Origin: Marsupella aquatica
Taxonomy: Eukaryota; Plantae; Marchantiophyta
Direction: 5' to 3'
Assembly: GCA_973895155.1 (NCBI GenBank)
Contig: OZ316892.1
Coordinates: forward strand, 23,817,971 to 23,881,970
DNA: 64,000 bases
The translations under genes were made by a program, and so were the position numbers. This document shows positions 51,384 through 62,062 of this stretch, piece by piece (position 1 is the first letter of the stretch; every line of letters begins with the position of its first letter). The notes beneath the pieces were generated by a model. That model saw nothing but the letters and a program-made list of their open reading frames with translations. It searched no databases and was not told the origin of the DNA.

Positions 51384-51873
51384 AACCCCAATTTAAGGAA
51401 TACTGAAGTATTAGATTAATTCCAATTTTATCTAAATATTATAAGTTAATGAATGATCAACCTCTTTAACATTTGGTGGGATAGTCAAAAACTTCAAATG
51501 TTTTGTTGCGAGATCTTTATAACAATGCATCACTAAATGAAATCAAGTACCTCTTGATCCATGCACAAATCCTTAATTAAACTGTCATTCATTGTTTCAA
51601 TTGTCTATTTAATTACTATAGGGTTGAATACAAAAAAGATTGACCACCCTTTACAATAATTAATAGGATTGTTGTATATTACAATGTCTATTGGACATTC
51701 ATTTGAATGTCAATAATATCATGCCTTAATATCACCAAACTAATATTATATCTTAAATAACTAACCAACTAACTAACTTAGACGATAAGACTTGTCTAAA
51801 CTTGAGTTCTCTGCCTACTACTATTCTGAGTTGCCTTTTAAATTGTATGCTAAACTACATGCTTCATTACTGT

Positions 51874-54800
51874 CTAGGATTTGTCACTTGCTATGCATGT
51901 CAAGAGATAGTCTCTTGCCTTGACAGCAACATTCTTTGGAATTCCTACCAGCCCTGTCACTGGTCCTTTGCGTGCTTTGAAACACCACAAGGCAGAGGAA
52001 ACATCTATTGTCTCAGCTTCCTTGTATATTGGAGTTGGATCACGTTCCCATTTCTTATCCCAAGAATCTGCCCACCGCTCTCTTGGCTGCCAGTCTGATT
52101 GACCACGTTGCTTCTTTGCCATAAATGGTCTAAACCACTCAACGCCACATACATGAGTAAGAAGGTTTTGTTCATTCACTGGTCCTTCTACCACATCTAT
52201 AACAACTAACCCCATATGGACGGGATAAACATCCAGGTCTGAGTCGTCCGGCCGTACCAACACATAACAGCCCTTCACAATATCAACCCTAGGGTTAAAA
52301 CTCTCAGGAGGTTTATCTTTTGCTGGTCCCACATAATCCACTGTTGCCTCCAACTCACATGCCACATTTCGATATTCTGGTGGAACGTGCTCTCTCCATA
52401 TTGATAAAGGCCAAAACCCGTATTCCAAGTTGTGTGCACCTTCAGGTTCATATTGCACCTGCTCACCCTGTAGAGTATCTACAATGTCATTCCAATAATT
52501 GATGAGAGTTGTCCAACATCGCTTTGGTTCTTCCTCTTTTGTTCGCTTTAGAATAAACTCAAAGAATGACACATGCTTCTTCAACCCTGTCAGCACTTCA
52601 GGAAGCATTTTCAACTCCATCATTGGTAGCCGTTTGGGCACCCCAATTGGGATGTGAGGACTTTTGTCATCTTTCCATGACCACATTTCAATACCTTCCT
52701 TGGGTAACCATCCCTGATCAGTTGACTTCATTTTGTATTGGAAGCATGGCATACTATCATGACGAACATAGAACCTAAACAACTGGGTTTTAAATGCCCC
52801 ACCAATGCCTCAGGGCCCTTCAACATGAATGGAGCTAAGTAGTTTTTGAAATCTGGGACCTCCTGTAGAAAATGTGGGACTGCATTGGGTGTCCTTGCTC
52901 TCATGAACAAGGACATTAACTCAGGCAATGAGTATGTGGGGTTATGCATCATAGACTCTGAAAAATGCCCAAACATACCGTCAACGTCCTCATGAGTATG
53001 CCCAACCACCATAAAACCAAGATGAACCTCTTCAAACACCTCCCTTGCCGTCAACAATGACAAATAAGCCATCATATATCTGTTCTTGTTGTCTGAGGCA
53101 CAATTATCCAGTTGTAGCTTCAATACTCGTGGAAGGGGCCTGAACTTTGGTGCCTCAGGTGTTGCATCACAATGTAACAATCTCAGAATGCTTTTAAATA
53201 AAACCCTAGTCAGACCCTAAACCCCAATTTAGGGTTTAGGGTTTAAACCCTATTAATGAAACCTTGGCTAGGAGGAGCAACAACTACACAAAGTAGAGTG
53301 TCAGTGTGTGTGAGCTTATATTATTAAATAATAATAAATTAAAGGATTGTGAGTAAAGTACCTAGGCTTGAGATGTAGGCAATGTCATCCTCAAATGCTC
53401 TAAGGACACTTGCCTCCAAGATATCTTTTCTCCCAAAAAGGAGGTCTTTAAAAAGACTTGTCGAGTTTGGCCCCTCCACAAGTGATTTGATCATTGGATT
53501 TGGGTTTTCCAACATCCTTAGTATTGAATCAATTGACCCAATAGTGATGTTGACATCACCTGGCCACACTCCAACATGATATTGGGCTATGGCCTTGGGA
53601 TCATGACCATGAGTAAGGATACCAATGACAGTAATTGGGAACTTTTGGGCACCATCCACATGCTTAGGATTGAAGGGCATTCTTGGGAGAGCTGTCTTTG
53701 AATGATCCATCTTATCATGAATAAGGCATAACACTTCCTTTGGACGATGGATGGACTCATATCTCCAGGTATGATAGCACATTCTTTGCTGTGTGTGGTC
53801 TTGGTGATGTTCCTCCTCGTCACGCCTTAGGCCCTCTAACTCTTCCTTAGCTCTCACTACAAGTTGTACACTTTGAAAAGTTGTTGCCCTTTTTGTGACG
53901 TGAGAACTCCCTGAAATACATCTGATGTAGATGACTCAAGGTGGGTTGGAAAATTGGAGGAAGACCAGCCTCCTGGTTGACAACATTAACCCTGTTTCTA
54001 ATATTCTCCCAAGTAAGATTTGTTGGCAATTCCCTCAAAACCATCCTTGTATTATCTGCCATGGTTCTCAACTTGGCTGGATGATGATCAGCTGCCTCCT
54101 CAATAATCTCTTTCATTGACATGAACACTTGAGATACTTTCTCGGACATACGCCTTTTTCCAGCATTACCATGGGTGTACCTATGTTCATTCCAGCCATC
54201 ACGGTCTTCTTCAAGGCATAAAATTGAGTCTTTCCTCTTGAATGAATGATTCTCCATGCCTCCAAGCACAATACTTTGCCCTCCACTGCTAGAATCCTTT
54301 CTCCAGTACCCAAGTGTATTGTATTTTTAATAGCCTTGATTTTCTCCTCCCTGCGCTCCGCAAAAGATTTTGACCACCACTTTTGCCTAATTGCCATAGC
54401 CAAGTTGCGGTCCAAATATTGGCAACAATGTTCACTACAACAGTCCTTAGTGTTTATCAACAACACATCTTGACGTGCCAAAGATGTGTCTCTTCTAGAT
54501 GTCTGGGAAGATGGACTCTTTCTTTTCCTACTTTTATGGACGTAGGACCGCTTGCCACTTGTTGGAGATGTGTTCCCTCCCACAGCTTGCCTGATGTTGT
54601 GGAAAGACAACAAGTTGCCATCCTTGGCAATGAGTTGGTCCATCGACCAAGCTTTTAAGCAATCTCTATGCTTCAGATGATCTATGGTAGCTCCCTCGAC
54701 AAAATCATTGATCAGAATTCCCACATGTGTATTCCCAAGGGTGACATCCCCAAGCTTCACTATAAGATCTAGAACATGTATAGTTGCCACTGCAAAAATC

Positions 54801-55245
54801 AACTTGTTCTCATCCACCACCTTTATAGGCATGCCCATCCACAAGGCCTTTGGTAAAACTACTTCCACACCAGACCGACTCTCAGTATGGTTGTTCCCAT
54901 CAGAATTTTGATTGACTGGATCTTGATCATCACCAACAGTGCCAAACACATCCTCCGATTCCATGGGAGCTCGAAAAAGCTGATTCCTTTCCCATACAAG
55001 GTAACCCCAATCATGTCCTTCAAAAGTTCGCCATCTTCGCATAGAATGATCTCGTCAAAAACTTCCTCCAATAGAAGAAGAACTATGTCCGCCCCAAGAG
55101 GAACATTGTGACAAACCCTGGAAGGATCAAGACTTATCACGCGACCTTTTCCAACCTGTTTCTCACGTATGCCTATAATAACTTGTCCGCCTTCCCTGAT
55201 CCAGATTGTCGATGTCACCATAATAATTATGACCCTGCACATCAA
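51874..55245 (-). pseudogene. Sola1-like DDD transposase, frameshifted, probable intron ~53190-53360
   Basis: CC..HCC / LCLEAW..IH N-terminal Cys motifs, HGN, FSKCTTC, then candidate catalytic LIHDKMD, QLDNCASDNKN and FMVVGHTHEDVD, matching my recollection of the Sola1 DNC-x3-NKN / GH[ST]-x3-4-D layout. Confidence 0.7.
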
Positions 55246-55259
55246 AGAATATCACTGTA

Positions 55260-56085
55260 AGCGTACAGTCCTGTCACGTCCGTCAATTTCACTGCACTGT
55301 CTTGTCACGTCGGTCAATAAGCAGAATGTAGTCAATGCACTGCGCTGCACGCGACTGGTCGTGTGACCCTAGAGGTACCACACATACCGGCAACAGACTG
55401 CATGGTTCGTCAGTCATTTCAAATGAATGAGAATGACCACAATCGATTACGATCAATCATTTCACATCCACTCAGAACAAATGAGTGGACAGTCAGTAAC
55501 TACTGAGGACAGTAGTGCTAATAAGCGCTAGTAAAACGTCCGTGAACTGCATTGTCCTGTCACCATCAATAAGTAGGCAGAATGTAGTCAACGCACTGCC
55601 CTGCATGCAACTAGTCGCGTGACCTTAGCCAGAGGGTGTAGGGATAACAGGGTCTACGACGTAGAAGCTAGAAGGCTAGGCCCAAACTCTAGCTCGTACT
55701 TGGTACTTCATAAGTAAGATACGATTGCGCATGAGACAGGAAGATACAATTACGGATCTAAAGGCATGTTGCGTGACCTTAGTCAGAGGGTGTAGGGATA
55801 ACAGGGTCTACGACGTAGAAGCTAGAAGGCTAGGCCCAAACTCTAGCTCGTACTTGGTACTTCATAAGTAAGATACGATTGCGCGCGAGACAGGAAAATA
55901 CAATTATGGATCTAAAGGCATCACACATACCGGTAAAGATTATGCATGGTCCGTCAGTCATGTCAAGTGAATGAGAACGACTACAATCGATTACGAACAA
56001 TCATTTCAACTCCACTCAGAAAAAATGAGTGGACAGTACCAGTTTACCAATGAGTGGACACCGACAGTCAGTAACTACTGACCTT
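55260..56085. repeat. Complex direct repeats upstream of the transposase
   Basis: 155-bp tandem pair 55617-55768 / 55772-55921; 55380-55506 repeated at 55922-56081; gcagaatgtagtcaa block twice. Confidence 0.85.
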
Positions 56086-56396
56086 CATAAGAAATCTCAG
56101 TACTTCACTAGCAATCAGTATTCCCGGGGCGGTCGCCAAACGTGAAATTAAAGCCATAATTAGAGGACAACTGAACTTCCCGCCAATTCTAATACGCGCC
56201 AGTCAAACGCGCACTCTCTTCTAGAAACCACTATGTACAATGACTAGTGGAGACTAAACAGTATAAAGCATTGAGATGATCCCTATTGCTCATTCCCCCA
56301 CGCATTCCACTTTCTGGCTACTGGATAATCTATTCGCACATCAGCTCTCTCATTTCCAATTCTTAGTCTCGGTCAGCATCTCTTGTTTGAAGAGCA

Positions 56397-56879
56397 ATGA
56401 CTACTCCGTTGAGCTCGAAGAATGAGGATGTTCCGACGGACGATTCAGAAGGTTCGACGTATCGAATTCGTGGTACTCCTTACAGAATGTGTCAGCAATG
56501 TAATATAATGTTTACGGTGACTAAATCGGGTCAAATGTTTTGTGAGAGACGACATTGTTCGCCACATTTGTCGATGGAAGATCAGATGGAGACCAATCCG
56601 ACAGAGATGACAACAAAGATGACATCAGGGGAGAAGTTAAAGGGCAAAGCCCTGGTGGAATCCATTTTGAGGGGGGAGAAGTTGAAGGCCGGAGCATGCG
56701 TCGAATCCATTTTGGGGGAAGCAGCAGCAGACGCTAAGACAGTCAGTTATTCAGTTGCGTGTGGTCTCAACAATGTTATACAAGTTATTCAGTTGCGTGT
56801 GGTTTCAGCAATGTTGGCGGCAAGCCTCCGATGTTGGCGAAAACCCTCCTCCCAACCAAGCCTCTTCCTTCCAGCGTAG
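56397..56879 (+). CDS. Hypothetical protein with CxxC...C...HC motif
   Basis: ATG ORF of 160 aa (CQQC...FCERRHC) preceded by tataaa at 56263; no recognised homology. Confidence 0.25.
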   Translation: MTTPLSSKNEDVPTDDSEGSTYRIRGTPYRMCQQCNIMFTVTKSGQMFCERRHCSPHLSMEDQMETNPTEMTTKMTSGEKLKGKALVESILRGEKLKAGACVESILGEAAADAKTVSYSVACGLNNVIQVIQLRVVSAMLAASLRCWRKPSSQPSLFLPA

Positions 56880-57969
56880 CCTCCTCGTCCCAGCCAACTA
56901 AGCCTCCTCCTTCGAACTCCAATTTCCTTTAGTATCGTGATTGAATCCCACCACCAGGGAATGACAACTTGTTGATTGTATCAAGATCAAAATCCTCGAC
57001 CAGACAGTGATTTCAGAATAGCCGCTCTTTGTTGGTCTGCTAGAATGCTTCAATGAATGAGGCAGACTATGGAGGTTCTAAATGTTTGTTGTCTCGCTTC
57101 GTCGGAACTCTCCCGCTTGATCGGATGTGCTCTCCCCAAGATTGAAGGTGATACAACAAGAACTACGCCAGCGATGCTTGAATGAGCTCCGCCTTCGACT
57201 GGAATAGTCGAATGATCCAATCTGCTCCACCTCAAATGTGCCTTGGATCAGCCTCCGCTGAGAGCCCAGCTAGTATCCTGGTCAGGAGAAACTGAAAATG
57301 AAGAATGATCCGTGAGCAATGAGATCAGTCTATTGACTCCATGGAGGATGTGTTCATCTGGACTCGATTTTGATTTTGAAAATTGGTTGAGTCTCCAGTC
57401 GTGAGAATCATTGTATAGGATTGATTTTGAATATCAATTCTCCCCGACCGTGAGAATCGTTTTACGTTGTTTAGAGTAAGGGTTTGAATTGGCAAGATAG
57501 AGAGTGGAGTATGGATCCGGATCCGACGGTCTCCACTACCAAAATGGAATGATTTTGAAGTTCGCCTCCACTACGTGATGGAACGATCGTGAGAAAGTTG
57601 TTGTTCGTTCACATTTTGGATTTGAATTGGCAGATATAGTGAAGATACGGATCCGGATCCGGGGGTCCACACTAACAATCTTTTGCAGTTGCATAATTAC
57701 CGGTTTAAATTTCAAATTGGCGATCAAATAGAAATCTCCTTTAGTATGGCAAATCAAAAGGAATCCGGTAATCTTTTTTTCACGATTGCATAGTTTGTTC
57801 AGTCGATGGTGGAGTGTACGGGGATCATCTGGAACCTTTCTGTCACTAGGCTGTTATTAGGGTGATGCTAAAACAATACCCTAATTAGTCCTTCCTTAGT
57901 GTCGGCGCCCACGGTCTCAAGTTCACTGTTCATTGTTGTTGTTTCTCGCTCCCTAGACTTTCGCGCGCC

Positions 57970-58316
57970 TGCTCTCGTCGCTCTTGTCGCTCTCGCTCTC
58001 GCTCTCGTTGCTCTCGCTCTCGTTGCTCTCGCTCTCGTTGCTCTCGCTCTCGTTGCTCTCGCTCTCGTTGCTCTCGCTCTCGTCGCTCTCGCTCTCGTCG
58101 CTCTCGCTCTCATCGCTCTCGCTCTCGTCGCTCTTGCTCTCATCGCTCTCGCTCTTGCTCTCATTGCTCTCGCTCTCGTCGCTCTTGCTCTCATCGCTCT
58201 CGCTCTTGCTCTCGTCGCTCTCGCTCTCGTTGCTCTTGCTCTCGTCGCTCTCGCTCTCGTCGCTCTTGCTCTCATCGCTCTCGCTCTTGCTCTCGTCGCT
58301 CTCGTCGCTCTCGCTC
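57970..58316. repeat. Compound microsatellite (GCTCTC / GCTCTCGTY units)
   Basis: ~345 bp of 6- and 9-bp units. Confidence 0.95.
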
Positions 58317-59271
58317 CTGCCCTGGATTTTATTTTTGTCGTTGCAGCTCGTTCGTTGTGGTCAGGTGCTTGTCGGAGCGTTGCAGCTCTTAGTAGTTGTC
58401 GATCGTTTCGACCAGGAGCTTGTTGGCGCGTTGCAGCTTGCATTTACAGCTTGTATTCACTTCTAGTTTGCTTGAAGGATTCTTAGGAGCCCATTGGGTT
58501 CGTTGCAGCTAGTTTTTTGGGAGTGCTTGTATCAGCTCGTGTCAGCCAATTTTAAGCTCATATCAGCTCGATCAACGTGTTTCAGCAGCTCAAAGTACTT
58601 TTTGGCAGCTTGTTTCAGCTCCTTCCATTCAACATTCAGGTTTGTTTCACCTCTTTATTCATGCTCAGTTTGCCTATCCACAACTTTGATTGTACTTCTG
58701 AAAGAGTCTTTTTAACTCGATATAATGAGTTCCTTAGCATTAAGCACATGTTATTCAATTGGTGGCAGCGAAGCTCTATGTATAGAAGTATAGAAGCTGT
58801 GTTGTTGTTGCTTAGCATATTAATATCTTCAATCTTATATTTACTTTTTGGAATGCCGCAGCAAGGTCTTCAAGTGCTTGGACGTCAATCTCTCAGACGA
58901 TTACATCAATTTTTCAGAATTCAGGTGCAATTTCTACATTGATTGTGGTTTGCTAAAATTTCTCTTAATTGTTAAGCTGAGTTTTCATAATGCGGTTTGT
59001 TTGTAAACTCAAATATGTGTGAATCATACAAAACTCACTAATTAAAATACAACCTGAATCGTCTTAGTAAGTCATTACAAACTTGCACGCTGTGAATTTA
59101 ATCATATAAACTCTCATGTTATGTGAATCTCATTACACTAAATCCTTTAATTGATGAATACAATTAGTAGACTGCTAAATTGAATCATCTTAGCTGAATC
59201 ATTCTCTAAACTTCTGATATATAATAATTTCACAATGACAGAGCTCAAACATCTGAATTATTGTAAAGTTT

Positions 59272-59336
59272 ATGAATGAATACAAATGAATGAATACAAA
59301 TGAATGAATACAAATGAATGAATACAAATGAATGAA
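59272..59336. repeat. 14-bp minisatellite (ATGAATGAATACAA) x4
   Basis: Seen directly. Confidence 0.85.
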
Positions 59337-59425
59337 ATCATGCTTACTCGGATTTCCTTGTCCGTACGGGTCAGTAATCATAGTTGTATCACTGTATTAT
59401 CCTAGTGTCCAAAAGTTGTTTGAGC

Positions 59426-60202
59426 TGTTGACGTGACCAGTCGCGTGAAAAGATTGTAAGGTTCCATTTAGGATCAGTTGACGCGACCAGTCGCGTCTGA
59501 GGTAGCTCTCTCATTGACTGGTTCTGTTAGAGGAGGTAAGGTTCCTTTTAGGACCAGTTGACGTGACCAGTCGCGTGTGAGAAGGAAACTGGATAGATTT
59601 ACTGAGCGCGTACCATATCCAAATCTCCACAAGGAAGGTTCAGTGGATATAGTTGTTTAGGTTCAGTTGACGCGACCAGTCTCGTCAGAGGTAGCTCTCT
59701 CATTGACTGGTTCTGTTAGAGGAGGTAAGGTTCCTTTTAGGACCAGTTGTTGTAACTCGTCGCGTCTGAGGTAGATCTCTCATTGACTGGTTCTGTTAGA
59801 GGAGGTAAGGTTCCTTTTAGGACCAGTTGTTGTAACTCGTCGCGTCTGAGGTAGATCTCTCATTGACTGGTTCTGTTAGAGGAGGTAAGGTTCCTTTTAG
59901 GACCAGTTGACGCGACCAGTCGCGTCAGAGGTACCATATCCAAATCTCCACAGAGCGCGTACCATATCCAAATCTCCACAGAGAAGGTTCAGTGGATATA
60001 GTTGTTTAGATTCAGTTGACGCGACCAGTCGCGTCTGAGGTAGACCAGTTGACGTGACTAGTCGCATCTGACATAGCTTTCTCATTGACTGGTTCTGTTA
60101 GAGGACGAAGCAACATTTATGATTTGTCACGTTGTGACCCGAAAAAATCAGTCTCAAAGAATTGTTTATACATTCTGATTTGTAGACGCGACCAGTCGCG
60201 TG
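59426..60202. repeat. Array of 80-bp units carrying the palindrome GACGCGAC-CA-GTCGCGTC
   Basis: Motif or variants at 59430, 59480, 59560, 59669, 59749, 59829, 59909, 60018, 60051, 60185. Confidence 0.9.
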
Positions 60203-60242
60203 AAAATAATCTCTGGGATATATCATTTTGCTGAAAAGAGTC

Positions 60243-61984
60243 ATGGGCGAACCTGGTCTGGAGAGCTTTAGATATCTATGCCCAACATTTGACGTTTTGG
60301 ACAGAAGCCAAGATGGTCTACTGGCGGGATATTCTGTATTTGTTGAAACACTACTACCTGGACTTCCAGATTTCATTGTCGTGGAATTGATATGGCCTCA
60401 GATCAAGAAGACTTTTAATTCCTCGGCTAATGCAGGAAATTTCTCAATAAAGGAATTGGATGAGTTTGTAGGACTATCTTCGGTGTGTTGCAGATGGCAC
60501 CACCTTGTTGGGAATACCTATCTTCTGGGTGTAATCAAGTGAGTTTATTAGATTTGGCTTTCCCAGGAAATCCAACTAAACCGATCGGAAATGAGTCTCT
60601 CTCATCGATAGTTCAAAGTTTCTTCCAGAAATACCCAAGAATTAAATTCATGGGGTCAATGTCCAGAGATCTTAGGGAACTCTTCACGAAGACTTACGAT
60701 GCTCTTCACCCTCTTGAAAAATGGAAATTTACAGTCAGATGCCACGAAGTTGGATACCTTGAGGGTGACATCTACGCTTTTAAGGAATTCTAGTTAACTT
60801 ACGTGACCAAGCGCATCGTATGTCTTCTAACAATGTTTTGTGATATGATAAAAGCAGGATGAGCCAACTTTTGAATGAGGCTCAAGATTTTCTTTCATCT
60901 CATGAAAGGAAACAAAAAACAATATGGGATACGCTGGATGAAACCTCCTCTAGTCTCATTGGAGGAATACCAGATGTTTTGGTCATTTCAAACATTTGGC
61001 CAATACTCTACAAACACTTTATTTCAATTGAAGAATTGCCTGGATATCGACACCCCGATATGATTTGGTTATCGTTAGGGTCCGAGACCTTATTCGGCTT
61101 GGAGCTTGTAGCAAGAAGTGGAACTTTTTAGTTACAAATACAAGGTTATGGGCTATCCTCAAACAAGCAAATCGGATTGTCGATATCGCAAATGATGCTC
61201 TTTACGACATACCCGAAACTGACGAGTTGGAGTTTGACTCAATCTGTCGAGTTATTCGACAGGATATTTCTATGCTTCCAGAAATATCTGTTCTTGGGAC
61301 TACTACTTCTGACAAAATTGCATTATTTACGAATAAATATAACAATTTAGATGAGGAAGAACGAGATGTCCTAATCGAAAGGTTTGGTAGATTTTCTCAG
61401 AATCTCGGTAGTCCCAGTTCTTAATTGATAGGTTCTTGTTCTTAATCTTTTCCATATTATGCTGCAGTCCTTTGACATGAATCGAAAATCTCATCATCAA
61501 ATGATGATGGAGCGCATTGCACGTGCAAAGGTTATGAACCGAAACATGATATGGAGTCAAGCTGAAGACCTGATACCCGGTCTTCCGGACGATATTGTCG
61601 AGATATATATTTGGCCATTAGTCAAAGAGTTTTTCCACTGTCTTGGGAATTTGTTGGATACTGCGATTAAAAATCGGGTCATGGACTTGATCGCCATTCG
61701 AACAGTCAGTAAGAAGTGGTGCCACATAGTTACTTATACTGTACTTGGGCGACGGTCACCTTGGTAGCTTATGACTTCACTGATAGACCAGGATATGAAT
61801 CGTTTTGAAGGCATTTGACTTCACGGAGTGTAGCATTCAGATTTACAGAATCCATCAGAAATCTCCCGCCGCTGGATATTCTGGGTGGATTTGAAGGATC
61901 TGAACTTGACACGTTTAGGAACCTTTGGTTTTGGTTAGATGAAGATGAGCGAGAAGATTGGGTCAGGATAAATGTTCATAAAAT
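60243..61984 (+). pseudogene. Three tandem F-box-like modules (probable exons), each frameshifted
   Basis: LLPGLPDFIVVELIWP..LSSVCCRW; LIGGIPDVLVISNIWP..LGACSKKW; LIPGLPDDIVEIYIWP..IRTVSKKW resemble the plant F-box LIPGLPDD..L..V[SC]K.W signature. Confidence 0.7.
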
Positions 61985-62062
61985 GTAATTTGGCACGACG
62001 CGACCATGCGCGTGTTAGTATTTTATAATAAAGGTTTAACTTTCAATATTTGTCTGTTTCAG

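Noticed and set aside
53200-53252. TTTAGGG/CCCTAAA motifs (also ~8330 and ~26150-26210) as a telomere or fusion site
   Set aside because: Only two to four units; such telo-box-like motifs are common in plant non-coding DNA
57899-58486. Poly-(ALV) and poly-(SL) 'membrane protein' ORFs
   Set aside because: Artefacts of the GCTCTC microsatellite
59426-60202. CRISPR-like array (palindromic repeats at regular spacing)
   Set aside because: Intervening sequences are themselves repeated rather than unique spacers, no cas genes, eukaryotic context
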